From the NCBI GenBank assembly GCA_002747185.1, contig PDTV01000011.1:6216-70215 (forward strand): a stretch of 64,000 nt of DNA. Direction: 5' to 3'. Positions 39,062 through 49,637 of the stretch are shown piece after piece. The notes under the pieces were generated by a model that had not been told where the DNA came from, did not search any database, and saw only the letters and a list, made by a program, of their open reading frames with translations. Numbering within the stretch: position 1 is the stretch's first letter; every line of letters starts with the position of its first letter. The position numbers and the translations under genes are program-made. The DNA is from Candidatus Contendibacter odensensis (GTDB lineage: Bacteria; Pseudomonadota; Gammaproteobacteria; Competibacterales; Competibacteraceae).

Positions 39062-41551
39062 TCACTTAGATTGCCGAAGCCGTAACGCATTAACCACCAC
39101 CAACAGCGAACTGAACGACATGCCAAGCGCCGACATCCAGGGTGTCAAATAGCCTCCCGCTGCCAACGGTAGTGCTATTAGATTGTAACCGATTGCCCAT
39201 AAAAAATTCTCACGCATTATCCACAATGTGCGCCGGGCTACATCAACACTGTAAACCAGATGCGACAGGTCTTCCGAAAGCAAAATCATATCTGCGGTCG
39301 CATGAGCGAGCTGAGTACCCTCACCCATTGCAAGTGATACCTGAGCGGCTGCCAATACCGGTGCATCGTTAACACCATCACCGACCATCACAACCACTGC
39401 ACCCCGCTGCTGCAATGCACGTACCCGATCTAATTTATCCTGAGGTGACAACCCGCCAATCGCCTTGTCAATCATCACTTGATGGGCAATATGTGTCACT
39501 GCGTCCTGACGATCACCACTCAGCAGTTCAACAGCCAGCCCCCGCGCCTGCAATGCTGCCCCCATTTCAGCTGCACCCGGGCGCAAGGTATCTTCCAGCT
39601 TAAACCAGGCTAATACGCCTTGACTATCCCCCAACACAACCCGGGTACTACTTGCATCAAGATCGCTACGCGCTATCACACTTCCACTGAGTTGCGCTAC
39701 AAATTCAGGATGCCCGACGCGATAGCAACAGCTATCAACCCAACCTTCTATCCCGCCACCCGGGGTATTACACAACGCTGTTGCTACAGGCGCACAGGCG
39801 CCATCACCTGCCATTTGACCGGCCGCATCAACCAATGCACGTCCCACCGGATGTTCCGAACCGCGCTCCAGCGCAGCCGCCAGAAGCAAGCAACGCGACG
39901 AATCCAGGCACCCCGCCGTATCCACAGCAGTCACCCGTAATCGACCATAAGTCAGTGTACCGGTCTTATCAAAAATCACATGGGTCGCTTGTGCCAACGT
40001 CTCCAGTGCGTGACCACGTGTGGTCAATATACCGCGTCGGGTCAGTGCACCGGTTGCCGCAACAATAGCTGTCGGTGTCGCTAACGACAGCGCACATGGA
40101 CAGGTCACCACGAGTACCGAGAGTGTGATACGAAATGCGGTGTCAAAACCAGCGAGTCGCCACCACACCAAAAACACAATGCTGGCGACCACTAGCAACC
40201 CAGCAACAAACCATCCAGCAATCTGATCCGCCAACCTTGACAGGCGCGGCCTTTCACTCTGGGCACGATCAAGTAATCGCACAATGGCGGACAATACGGT
40301 ATCAGCGCCAATCTTCTCAACCCGCATGATCAACGGGCTTTCGATATTGACTGATCCACCAATCAGGACCTCACCCGCTTTCCGGGTTAACGGCAGGCTT
40401 TCACCACTGAGTAAAGACTCATCGACACTACTGCTACCCTCCTCAATCCGTCCATCTGCCGGTATCGTTTCCCCCGGTCGAACCAGCACCCGATCCTTGG
40501 GCTGTAATTCTGCAACAGCTACAATTTCTTCTTCGTTGTCACGACCCAAACGAGCTGCCGTCGCTGGCAACATTCGCACCAATGCTTCAGAGACCTGTCC
40601 GGCATGATGCCGAGCACTCATTTCAAGGAACCGCCCGGTCAACAGGAAAAAGGTGAACATGGTCACTGAATCGTAATAGACCTCACCCCCGCCCTGCCGG
40701 GTATATCCAATGCTCGCGATAAACGCGGTCACAATCGCCAATGATACTGGCACATCCATCCCTAGCTGCCGACGCTGTAAATCACGCCAGGCCGCATCAA
40801 AAAACGGTCGCGCAGCATAGATGACGACTGGCGTGGTCAAAATCAGGCATATCCAGCGCAGAAAGTCCCGAATCCAGACCTCCATACCCTGGTGCTCACC
40901 CACATATAATCCCACGGTCAGCATCATCACCTGCATCCCAAACAATCCGGCAACAGCCAACCGTCGCAACGCCACAGCCCGCTCGCGCTTCTGTAAGGCT
41001 TCCTGCCGTCCCGGATCAAAAGGGTGCGCGATATAACCTATCGCAGCGATGGCATTTAAAACATCACTGAGCTTAATGTGACGATCATCCCAGCGAAGGC
41101 GTGCACGATGGGTGGAATAATTGACCCGAAACTCCAGAACTCCCGGCAAGGCATTGATATGTCGCTCGTTAAGCCAAACACAAGCAGCACAGACAATACC
41201 TTCAAGAATCAGTGCGGCCTCGCGTACATGCGTATCCTCAATACGAACAAAGCTTCTTTGCAGATCCGGGCGATCATAAAGCGTTAATCCCCGCAATTGC
41301 TCAGGAATCAAGTCCTCTGCCCGCCGTGATGATGCAGTACGATGGCGGTAGAAATCGGTCAAACCCGCCGCCATGATAGCTTCTGCGACTGCTTGACAAC
41401 CATGACAGCACATCGGCTGGCGCTGACCATCAATGACGGCAAAAAAATGCGTATTGGGTGGCACCGGTAAATGACAGTGAAAACAAATTGTTTCAGCCAC
41501 TTTTACCGAAGCATTATTTTGCGTACTCAGTGGTTCAACGGATGTAGTCAT
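39062..41551 (-). CDS. ccoI: Copper-translocating P1B-type ATPase CcoI
   Basis: 829 aa. It has the CPC motif (VTCPCAL), DKTGT and GDGVNDAP, and it sits in the ccoGHIS position. Confidence 0.85.
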   Translation of the reverse strand: MTTSVEPLSTQNNASVKVAETICFHCHLPVPPNTHFFAVIDGQRQPMCCHGCQAVAEAIMAAGLTDFYRHRTASSRRAEDLIPEQLRGLTLYDRPDLQRSFVRIEDTHVREAALILEGIVCAACVWLNERHINALPGVLEFRVNYSTHRARLRWDDRHIKLSDVLNAIAAIGYIAHPFDPGRQEALQKRERAVALRRLAVAGLFGMQVMMLTVGLYVGEHQGMEVWIRDFLRWICLILTTPVVIYAARPFFDAAWRDLQRRQLGMDVPVSLAIVTAFIASIGYTRQGGGEVYYDSVTMFTFFLLTGRFLEMSARHHAGQVSEALVRMLPATAARLGRDNEEEIVAVAELQPKDRVLVRPGETIPADGRIEEGSSSVDESLLSGESLPLTRKAGEVLIGGSVNIESPLIMRVEKIGADTVLSAIVRLLDRAQSERPRLSRLADQIAGWFVAGLLVVASIVFLVWWRLAGFDTAFRITLSVLVVTCPCALSLATPTAIVAATGALTRRGILTTRGHALETLAQATHVIFDKTGTLTYGRLRVTAVDTAGCLDSSRCLLLAAALERGSEHPVGRALVDAAGQMAGDGACAPVATALCNTPGGGIEGWVDSCCYRVGHPEFVAQLSGSVIARSDLDASSTRVVLGDSQGVLAWFKLEDTLRPGAAEMGAALQARGLAVELLSGDRQDAVTHIAHQVMIDKAIGGLSPQDKLDRVRALQQRGAVVVMVGDGVNDAPVLAAAQVSLAMGEGTQLAHATADMILLSEDLSHLVYSVDVARRTLWIMRENFLWAIGYNLIALPLAAGGYLTPWMSALGMSFSSLLVVVNALRLRQSK

Positions 41552-41643
41552 CGTAACCAGGTTTATTCGTAACTATTTTAACTAGTGCTTATTTCTAACA
41601 AACCTGACGCACATGCTGAACAACACACGCCAAATTGCGGGTA

Positions 41644-42453
41644 TTACAACCGGCGATGCGCCAGCACACGGGTTCTGGCCCGAATTTCATGTAACTCCTC
41701 ATCCTTACGAATTTGAAGTACCAGATCCCAATGACCGACAACAGACAAGGCTATACTGGCTTCATAAATGCCTGGTGCGATCTCTGGCAGATCAAAGCCA
41801 ACATCCAGTTTATTACTTGAAGGTCGCAAAAACATACCGGTAACACGTGCACCAGTGACCGGCACCGCATCGCGGGTTTCAACCGCGACCCGAAAAGGTG
41901 TGGCTTCATTAACACGAGGTGCTGAATGCACCCAGCCTTTTCGTACCCGCCAGCCTCGCTGGCGTTGACGCTCCACTTGCTTAAGATACTGGTTATATAA
42001 CGATTCCTTCTTATGATAATCGTGCGATACCACACCAGGAAAACTTGACATTATACCGCGCTGTCCGGCCTTGTCTGGCAAGAGCCAATCCCTTACAGAA
42101 GGCGGCAAACCGTGCTCGGCGACTGCAATAAATACCGCGCCTGACATCACCACGAAGATAAAAAACCCGCTAATGGCCACCGGTTCCCAGCACAAACGCT
42201 GACCTTCGACGCGTGCACCCAGCAGTATGGCACAAACAAACGAAGCCATAAGGTATATCGCCAGATGAATGGCGAATACATCACCACCTGGCCAGAACAG
42301 GATGGCATAGGGAACATATAGGCCCAGAATTACCAGCACCATGACTGCAGCGGCTTGTTTGGCACTAACATGTATAAAACGAACCAGCACCACATTAGCC
42401 AGTACAATTAGCGCAGTCCCTAAAGCAAGACTGAATAGCAATCCGTTCATCAA
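41644..42453 (-). CDS. ccoH: FixH/CcoH-domain protein with an N-terminal multi-TM extension
   Basis: It occupies the ccoH slot between ccoG and ccoI. The C-terminal roughly 165 aa look FixH-like (one TM segment plus ...RGWRV...FRVAVETRD...GIYEASI...). About 100 extra N-terminal residues form three more hydrophobic segments. The start overlaps the ccoG stop (ATGA). Confidence 0.6.
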   Translation of the reverse strand: MMNGLLFSLALGTALIVLANVVLVRFIHVSAKQAAAVMVLVILGLYVPYAILFWPGGDVFAIHLAIYLMASFVCAILLGARVEGQRLCWEPVAISGFFIFVVMSGAVFIAVAEHGLPPSVRDWLLPDKAGQRGIMSSFPGVVSHDYHKKESLYNQYLKQVERQRQRGWRVRKGWVHSAPRVNEATPFRVAVETRDAVPVTGARVTGMFLRPSSNKLDVGFDLPEIAPGIYEASIALSVVGHWDLVLQIRKDEELHEIRARTRVLAHRRL

Positions 42454-43868
42454 TGACCTTCTGGAACGTAAAAAGGTACTTGCCGACGAATGGGTTCTGC
42501 TGTTGCGCCATCCATGATCTGAATAACAAACGTAACGTTATCACCGACTGTAGCATTGTTCTGCACCGGTGGAATCCGTACCCGCGCCATCAGCTTAATC
42601 CGCTCCTGTGGTTTCAGATCAAGGCGCTCCATACCCTCCATGTTCAAGGTTGCCCCATCCAGACCCTCAATACCAATACCAACAGTCATCGGTGCAGTCA
42701 GTTTGTTGTTTAATTTGATCTCATAACTATTGCGAATACTTCCATTCGATAAGCGGGTATACAAAGGCTGGCGGACTTGCACCACTGTACCACTGTAAGG
42801 TGCGCTATTTAGCACGCTCCAGGTCAAAATACTGATGGCCACAGTCAGAACCACCCCATAACCGACTGTTTTGGGCTTCATGATATTGGTCCTTTTGCCG
42901 GCCAGACCCTTCTCGGAAGTATAACGAACCAGACCACGTGGCCATTTCAGATTATCCATTATGGTGTCGCAGGCATCGATACACAGTGCACAGGAAATAC
43001 ACTGATATTGCAGGCCATCGCGGATATCAATACCAACAGGGCAAACCTGCACGCAATACCCACAATCCACACAGTCACCAACACCTTTGGCAGCACGATC
43101 TTCTCGGGTCTTCATACCTCTAGCGAGCGTACTGCGTCCCTTTAAAGCCTCGCCCCGTTTTTGATCATAGGAAATAATCAGGGTGTCATGATCAAACATC
43201 GCGCTCTGGAAGCGAGCATACGGGCACATATAGATACAGACCTGTTCCCGCGCCAGACCCGCCATGATAAAAGTCGTGGCCGTCAGAAAAAAGGTGGTGA
43301 AATAAGCAGAATAAGGGGCCTCACCGGTGACAAACGCAATCAGCAGGGCTGGAGCATCCATCCAGTACATGGTAAACGTCAGACCTGTCCAGAAGGCGAC
43401 TAATAACCAAAGCGCATAGGTCAATCCTTTTTTCAGGGCTTTCTCTCGATTCCAGGGCGCTCTGTCCAGACGCATCCGTGCTGGCCGCTCGCCTTGGACC
43501 CAGTGCTCAATCATCATGTAAAGATCGGTCCACAAGGTCTGAAAACAGAAATAGCCACACCATACCCGACCTGCAAGACCGGTCACAAAAAACAATAATA
43601 TGGCGAAAATCACCAATACACCGGCCAACCAGAAAATATCCTGCACCTGAATCGTCAAGCCAAAGATATAAAAGTGCCGTCCCGGCAAATCGTAGAGTAT
43701 GGCTTGATCCGGTGCATTCGGTCTATCCCAGCGCAACCAGGGCAACAGATAATAAATGCTGTAAGCCAGACTCAAGATACCCGTCTTGAGATTACGAAAA
43801 CGCCCTGTGATGGAACGTGGATAAATTGGAATACGTTTTTGGTAAAGCTCTACATGCGCTTCAGTCAT
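42450..43868 (-). CDS. ccoG: cbb3 oxidase accessory protein CcoG (4Fe-4S ferredoxin-type)
   Basis: 472 aa. It has TM segments, CVDCGYCVQVCP and CISCALCIDAC clusters, and a C-terminal Ig-like domain. Confidence 0.85.
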   Translation of the reverse strand: MTEAHVELYQKRIPIYPRSITGRFRNLKTGILSLAYSIYYLLPWLRWDRPNAPDQAILYDLPGRHFYIFGLTIQVQDIFWLAGVLVIFAILLFFVTGLAGRVWCGYFCFQTLWTDLYMMIEHWVQGERPARMRLDRAPWNREKALKKGLTYALWLLVAFWTGLTFTMYWMDAPALLIAFVTGEAPYSAYFTTFFLTATTFIMAGLAREQVCIYMCPYARFQSAMFDHDTLIISYDQKRGEALKGRSTLARGMKTREDRAAKGVGDCVDCGYCVQVCPVGIDIRDGLQYQCISCALCIDACDTIMDNLKWPRGLVRYTSEKGLAGKRTNIMKPKTVGYGVVLTVAISILTWSVLNSAPYSGTVVQVRQPLYTRLSNGSIRNSYEIKLNNKLTAPMTVGIGIEGLDGATLNMEGMERLDLKPQERIKLMARVRIPPVQNNATVGDNVTFVIQIMDGATAEPIRRQVPFYVPEGH

Positions 43869-44037
43869 GATCTACTCGACACAGCAGTTGCAATAGCATC
43901 AACAAATAACACTAACTATCTCTTGCAGTTACAGTCATTGCGATTGCTCAAAACAGCAAACTACCGCCCATTTTTGTTGTACTCTAATGTGAGAATGCGA
44001 GCAATCGGTACTCCTTGCGCCCTATTATATTAAAAAA

Positions 44038-44061
44038 TTCACCCCCCGATCGGGGGGTGAA
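44038..44061 (-). terminator. Rho-independent terminator of ccoNOQP
   Basis: A perfect palindrome ttcaccccccgatcggggggtgaa lies 38 nt after the ccoP stop. On the minus strand it is followed by tttttta. Confidence 0.75.
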
Positions 44062-44099
44062 TAATAGAACCTGCTTAGCACAACTGGTAGACAAGGAAA

Positions 44100-45059
44100 T
44101 TATTGAGAACCGCCCAGCTGACGAACATAAACAGCCAATAGTTTAATATCGGTCGGTGACAAACGGTCTTTCCAGGCTGGCATTAATCGCCGGTTATAAA
44201 CTCCCTGAGCGACAAAAGACTTAATGGCATCCACTTTCTGCTGCCCATCACTCAATACCGGAATATCAACCAATGTCCAGATCTTGTCTGTCAGATTCGC
44301 CGATCCCAACGCTTTGAGCCCCTTACCATCCGCACCATGGCAATAGTAACAGCCGCCTTTCTGCCCATGAAAAATTGCCTTGCCGCGCTCCGAGGCTTCG
44401 CCAGATTCCATCTCACCGGATAATGTCAGCACATAACGCGCGATATCATCGAGTTGATTCGGCTGCAACACTTCACCAAAAGCAGGCATGTAACCATTAC
44501 GACCCTGTACCAGCGTCTCATGGATTTGACTCATGCTACCACCCCATAGCCAATCGTCATCCGTCAAATTCGGATACATACCAACTACACCCTGACCACC
44601 ACTGCCATGACAGGCGGCACAATTATCGCCAAAAAGCCCCTTACCCACCGAACGGACAAACTCCATTATTTTCGGATCCCTGGCAATCTGCTGATAATCC
44701 GCAGCCTGCACCTTCCCCAGCATCGCCTTACGCTGTGGATTATTGGCAGCATCCGTCAGATCTTTCAATAACAGCGAGCGGGTATTCCAGCGAAATTCCC
44801 TCTCGGATTCCTTGCCTGTCGATCGATCTGTAACCGAATAGCTAACCGTCTTCATGCCTTTTAACCAACCTTTGCCAACCGGCCAAGATGGGTAGAGGAA
44901 CCAGTAAAGCACTGCAAAAACAACCGTTCCATAGAAGCACCACAGCCACCAGCGTGGCAATGGATTATTATATTCCTGCAAGTCGCTGTCCCAAGCATGA
45001 CCGGTGGTTTCAACCACACCCAATTTCTTTTGTTTATTTACTTTATTGTCGCTCATCAT
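44100..45059 (-). CDS. ccoP: cbb3 oxidase dihaem cytochrome c subunit
   Basis: It has an N-terminal TM segment with PLPRWW and two CxxCH motifs (CAACHG, CYYCHG). Confidence 0.9.
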   Translation of the reverse strand: MMSDNKVNKQKKLGVVETTGHAWDSDLQEYNNPLPRWWLWCFYGTVVFAVLYWFLYPSWPVGKGWLKGMKTVSYSVTDRSTGKESEREFRWNTRSLLLKDLTDAANNPQRKAMLGKVQAADYQQIARDPKIMEFVRSVGKGLFGDNCAACHGSGGQGVVGMYPNLTDDDWLWGGSMSQIHETLVQGRNGYMPAFGEVLQPNQLDDIARYVLTLSGEMESGEASERGKAIFHGQKGGCYYCHGADGKGLKALGSANLTDKIWTLVDIPVLSDGQQKVDAIKSFVAQGVYNRRLMPAWKDRLSPTDIKLLAVYVRQLGGSQ

Positions 45060-45282
45060 CCTTCACCTTGTGGAATTGGGAAGGGGCCTCACCCTGCGAA
45101 ATATTCAGCTGCCGCAGATCATCATCTTCAAACGGCATGTATTTATAAGACTCCAACCGCTGAGATCGGCGCTTACCCGTAAATACGTAAAGCACAATGC
45201 CACAAAAAGCGCCAAAGAACAGCACAAGCGCCAAAGGCTTGGAGTTTTCCATATGGGTAAACCACAGTAACCAGTCAAACAT
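45043..45282 (-). CDS. ccoQ: cbb3 oxidase subunit CcoQ
   Basis: This is a small single-TM ORF between ccoO and ccoP. The true start may be the internal Met at 45252. Confidence 0.6.
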   Translation of the reverse strand: MFDWLLWFTHMENSKPLALVLFFGAFCGIVLYVFTGKRRSQRLESYKYMPFEDDDLRQLNISQGEAPSQFHKVKDDERQ

Positions 45283-45334
45283 CAGATGGAGACTCCATCT
45301 GCCCCCTGCTTAAACGGGGGCATCAGTCGGTTTT

Positions 45335-46069
45335 TTAGCGAAATTCGGCAAAATAGCCTTCATCGTATTTAGTGAAATCCACCATCGTACCCAGAACCTG
45401 CAAGTACGCTACCAATGCTTCCATTTCAGTAATTCGATCCGGGAAATTATCAAAATTCTTATCCCGGGCCTGCTTTACCAAACTGATTTCTGCCTGACTA
45501 ATATCCAGCTGGTCAGCAATAGTCTTGCCAAAACGGGCAACATTTTTGTCATACTCTTGCTGAGTCAGCGAATAGGGTACCCCCGTTGCTCGCAAGGCAC
45601 GCATTCGGTCAGCCATATCCGAATAGTCCAAATCGGTATCCAGCAGCCAAGGGTAGTTTGGCATGATAGACTGCGGTACCACCGAACGAGGTGCCACCAA
45701 ATGCTGGACATGCCATTGATCCGAGTATTTGCCACCGACCCGCGCTAAATCAGGGCCTGTGCGCTTCGAACCCCACTGGAAAGGATGATTGTATTGTGAC
45801 TCTGCGGCCAGCGAGTAATGCCCGTAGCGCAGCCATTCATCCCGAAACGGGCGAATCTGCTGCGAATGGCAAAGGTAACAACCTTCACGGACGTAGATAT
45901 CCCGACCCCGAATCTCCAGCGGCGTGTAAGGGCGTACCCCATCGACCTTTTCAACCGTTTCGTTGATGTAGAACAACGGTACAATTTCCACCAAACCACC
46001 AATACTGATGACCACCATGACCAACAGAATCATCAGGCCGGAGTTCGTCTCAATATGTTCGTGTCGCAT
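45335..46069 (-). CDS. ccoO: cbb3 oxidase monohaem subunit
   Basis: It has the CYLCHSQ haem motif and the typical FixO body. Confidence 0.9.
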   Translation of the reverse strand: MRHEHIETNSGLMILLVMVVISIGGLVEIVPLFYINETVEKVDGVRPYTPLEIRGRDIYVREGCYLCHSQQIRPFRDEWLRYGHYSLAAESQYNHPFQWGSKRTGPDLARVGGKYSDQWHVQHLVAPRSVVPQSIMPNYPWLLDTDLDYSDMADRMRALRATGVPYSLTQQEYDKNVARFGKTIADQLDISQAEISLVKQARDKNFDNFPDRITEMEALVAYLQVLGTMVDFTKYDEGYFAEFR

Positions 46070-46102
46070 GACTGTTTATTCTCCGGAAATCGCTTTTTTT
46101 GC

Positions 46103-47545
46103 TTACGCCCGCGCTAATTCGGCACTGGCAGTTGACTGTTCGCGTCGCGCCATAACCACAGTCATGAAGAAGTTATAAGCCATGACCAGGACACCCAAAA
46201 CAAAGAACGCACCACCTAGTGCCCGCCAAGCATACGGCGTGTGCATGAATTCAACAGTTTCGATAAAGGTATAAGCAAGATTACCGTACTCATCAAAGCT
46301 GCGCAGCATTAGACCTTGACCGATACCGGCAACCCACATCGCGGTGATGTACAAAACGATCCCAATGGTCGCCAGCCAAAAATGTATATATATTAAAGAG
46401 TTACTATACATTCTGGTATCGTAAAGCCGTGGTATCAGATGATAAAAAGAGCCAAAACTGACTAATGCGACCCAACCCAATGCACCAGAATGAACATGAC
46501 CGACGGTCCAGTCAGTATAGTGTGACAAGGCATTAACACTCTTTAACGACATCAACGGCCCTTCAAAGGTAGACATGCCATAGAAGGACAAAGAAACAAT
46601 CAAAAACAGCATAATGGGATCAGAACGCAGTTTCTCCCAGGCACCTGATAAGGTCATAATGCCATTAATCATACCACCCCAGGAGGGCATCAACAGGATA
46701 ATGGAAAAGGTCGCCGCCAATGTGGATACCCAGTCAGGCAAGGATGTCCAGTGCAGGTGATGGCCCCCGGCCCACATGTAAAGAAAGATTAACGCCCAGA
46801 AGTGAATGATGGATAAACGATACGAGTAAACTGGACGGCCGGCCTGCTTGGGTACGAAGTAGTACATCATGCCAAGAAAGGCTGCGGTCAGGAAAAATCC
46901 CACCGCATTATGCCCGTACCACCACTGGGTCATTGCATCCTGCACACCAGCAAACAGACTATAGGATTTGGTCAAACTAACCGGCACGGCCATATTATTA
47001 AAAATATGCAGCAAGGCAACGGCCAGAATAAATGCCATAAAAAACCAGTTTGCTACATAAATATGTGCCTGACTACGACGGCGAATCGTTTCCACATAAA
47101 TCAACAGATAAGAGACCCAGACAACAGCTATCGCCAGATCCAGCGGCCATTCAAACTCGGCGTATTCACGACCCTGGGTAATCCCCATCATATAGCTTAG
47201 CGCGCCCAGCGCCACACCACCTGTCCAGCCCCAAAAAGTAAATTCAGCCAGCCACGGAAAAGCGAGCCGTGCCTGACAGGTACGCTGCACGACATAATAT
47301 GAAGTCGCAAATAGCGCACTACCGCCAAAACCGAAAATAACCAAGGTCGTATGAACCGGACGCAAGCGTCCGAAGGTTAGTTGCGGGATATCAAAATTAA
47401 GAAACGGCCATGCCAACTCACTGGCGATGTAAACACCAACGGACATGCCAAGTACCGCCCATACCATCGCCATAATGGTAAATTTGCGAACGATATCGTA
47501 ATTGTATTGCTCGGTTGGCAGCGCTGAGCTTTGAATCATCTCCAA
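46103..47545 (-). CDS. ccoN: cbb3 oxidase catalytic subunit
   Basis: 480 aa, polytopic, with the haem-copper oxidase His ligand pattern ([27 protein letters not shown]). Confidence 0.95.
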   Translation of the reverse strand: MEMIQSSALPTEQYNYDIVRKFTIMAMVWAVLGMSVGVYIASELAWPFLNFDIPQLTFGRLRPVHTTLVIFGFGGSALFATSYYVVQRTCQARLAFPWLAEFTFWGWTGGVALGALSYMMGITQGREYAEFEWPLDLAIAVVWVSYLLIYVETIRRRSQAHIYVANWFFMAFILAVALLHIFNNMAVPVSLTKSYSLFAGVQDAMTQWWYGHNAVGFFLTAAFLGMMYYFVPKQAGRPVYSYRLSIIHFWALIFLYMWAGGHHLHWTSLPDWVSTLAATFSIILLMPSWGGMINGIMTLSGAWEKLRSDPIMLFLIVSLSFYGMSTFEGPLMSLKSVNALSHYTDWTVGHVHSGALGWVALVSFGSFYHLIPRLYDTRMYSNSLIYIHFWLATIGIVLYITAMWVAGIGQGLMLRSFDEYGNLAYTFIETVEFMHTPYAWRALGGAFFVLGVLVMAYNFFMTVVMARREQSTASAELARA

Positions 47546-47680
47546 GCCTCCTTAGCAAGCCATGGAAAAAATTTATGTAACATCTCTAGTCATTTCCCGA
47601 TGCTTATAGTCGGAATTATAAAATGCACCGGAATGATTCAGGTTATCCCTATTCTACTAACATCAACAGGGTTTTCTCAA

Positions 47681-47743
47681 TAAGAGAAAAATGGCTATCT
47701 ACGGATTACTTTTCAACTCAATTTAAGAGAAAAACGGCTATCT
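47681..47743. repeat. Two 20-nt direct repeats (taagagaaaaa[t/c]ggctatct) upstream of ccoN
   Basis: The copies at 47681-47700 and 47724-47743 match at 19 of 20 positions and start 43 nt apart. They lie 136-198 nt upstream of the ccoN start. Confidence 0.5.
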
Positions 47744-47845
47744 TGGGTTTGTGATAACCTTATGTTTGCCATCTTTTGCTTCTCCTGCAACAAATAACAC
47801 ATTGATAGCAAAACAGTGCCAATGCAATCTTGCCTACATCGCGAT

Positions 47846-48754
47846 TCAGTGACCGCCCTGGCCACGATCAAGCAATCTGGATAGCGGAAAAACAGCCGGT
47901 TCGCGCTCACCAGGCCGTAGGCGTAGTTGGCTTGGTAACACACCCCATGCATGGCCATAGACCACTTCACACGTTACCGGTAACAAACCATCCAACTGAC
48001 GAAATTGATCGTAGGCATTACGCATGGCCTGCATTCGACCTTTGCCCATCAAGCCACGAGGACGACCCATTGTAACATTGCGTGCCCCGGCCATCGCCAA
48101 ATCACGCATCAAGCCACCGATTTCGGTATAGGTCAATGTTAACCGCTCAACATCTATTACCGGTTCTGCCAAACGCGCCCGAACCAGCGCATCACCGATA
48201 TCATGCATATCAAAAAACGCATTAACATGATTATAACTATCCACTTCCGACCAGCTTTGCCGTAATTCCTTGAGTGTATCCGGCCCCAATGTGCTAAACA
48301 GCAAGACCCCGCCAGGCTTGAGCACCCGCCGAAACTCGGCAAAAACCGAATCCAGATCGGGATACCATGGCAACGTGAGATTGGAAAAAATCAAATCACA
48401 ACTGGCCTCTGCCAGCGGCAATGCCCCGGCCTCTGCAACCACACCATGCAAAGTGCGCCACCAGGGTACACGCCGACGCGCCATTGCAATCATTGCCGAA
48501 GCGTGTTCGGTGGCAATCACTTGCGCCTTGCGATAGCGTTTCATCAGTGCAGCCGTCGTAATACCGGTTGCACAGCCCACATCAACAATCACCTCAGGTA
48601 TGAATCGAATAACATCCAGACGTTCCAATAAGCGATCACCAATCTCATGATGCAGGAATGCCGCCTCATCATGGTGTTTTGCTGCCCGTTCAAGCGCGAC
48701 CTGCAACCAGCGCCGATCTGGCTCGAACGGCCAGGTTTCAATCTCATCACACAT
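47846..48754 (-). CDS. bioC: Malonyl-ACP O-methyltransferase
   Basis: I placed the start at ATG 48754 (MCDEIETW...). It has the SAM motif VVDVGCATG and overlaps the bioH stop by 8 nt. Confidence 0.8.
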   Translation of the reverse strand: MCDEIETWPFEPDRRWLQVALERAAKHHDEAAFLHHEIGDRLLERLDVIRFIPEVIVDVGCATGITTAALMKRYRKAQVIATEHASAMIAMARRRVPWWRTLHGVVAEAGALPLAEASCDLIFSNLTLPWYPDLDSVFAEFRRVLKPGGVLLFSTLGPDTLKELRQSWSEVDSYNHVNAFFDMHDIGDALVRARLAEPVIDVERLTLTYTEIGGLMRDLAMAGARNVTMGRPRGLMGKGRMQAMRNAYDQFRQLDGLLPVTCEVVYGHAWGVLPSQLRLRPGEREPAVFPLSRLLDRGQGGH

Positions 48755-49565
48755 CAAGAAACGCCCGTAGCTCAGCCATAAATTCTGGCAAGTGCGAAAA
48801 AAACGGCGCGTGCCCGGCACCAGCAACTACATGTAAACGGGCATCTGGCAGCGCAGCGCACATCGCAACACCTGCCGCCGCTGGTATCAATTGGTCACGC
48901 TGCCCCATCAGGAGTAATGCCGGACAGCCAATACGCGGTAATTCAGCGCGTAGATCCGAAGTTTCCAAAATACTCAAACCTGCCTTCAGCGCCGAGATTT
49001 CCGGCTCACCATGCTGGAATAACATCGCCTTCAGCAAGCGTAGTTGCTCATTGGCATGTGTGCTGCCATGAACTTCCAGTGCAATGAAGCGCTTGAGTAC
49101 AGCCCGATAATCCTGCTGCAACTCCTCAGCAAAACGCTGTAATACCGGTAAATCAATACCGTGTAACCAGCCAGTACGCTTGATAAAGCTAGGGGTGCTA
49201 CTGACCAGCACCAGTCGACTGATATGCTCAGGCGCACTCAAGGCAACCTGTTGGGCAACCAGGCCACCCAATGACCATCCAATCCAGGTTGCCGGCGCCG
49301 GTACTGCTGCTGCCACCATATCAGCCAGCTGCACCAGACCATACTGGTTTTCCAACGTCCGGCTATAGCCATGCCCCGGCAAATCCAGTACGGTCACTCG
49401 ATAATGACCAGCCAGCCCTTCAACAACATCCTGCCAAATACCGGCGTGCATACCCCAGCCATGAACCAGAACCACATCGGCCCCGTGTCCGACAGTCTGC
49501 ACGTAATAATAGTTTTTTTGCTGATACCTGGCATGATCCGGTTTACTCCACAGGCCCTGGCACAC
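48747..49565 (-). CDS. bioH: Pimeloyl-ACP methyl ester esterase
   Basis: It has VLVHGWGMHAGIW, the nucleophile elbow GWSLGG and a C-terminal GHAPF. The exact start is uncertain. Confidence 0.75.
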   Translation of the reverse strand: MCQGLWSKPDHARYQQKNYYYVQTVGHGADVVLVHGWGMHAGIWQDVVEGLAGHYRVTVLDLPGHGYSRTLENQYGLVQLADMVAAAVPAPATWIGWSLGGLVAQQVALSAPEHISRLVLVSSTPSFIKRTGWLHGIDLPVLQRFAEELQQDYRAVLKRFIALEVHGSTHANEQLRLLKAMLFQHGEPEISALKAGLSILETSDLRAELPRIGCPALLLMGQRDQLIPAAAGVAMCAALPDARLHVVAGAGHAPFFSHLPEFMAELRAFLDV

Positions 49566-49637
49566 AGTACAACATTCCTTTCAGGCACAAACTGTCGCAA
49601 AAAACCATCTCTCGATGCAGTGGCCTGTTTTGTGATG

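Noticed and set aside
47546-47845. A search for an FNR/Anr box (TTGAT-N4-ATCAA) upstream of ccoN.
   Set aside because: Only isolated half-sites were found (for example ttgatagcaaaaca near 47803), with no acceptable dyad.
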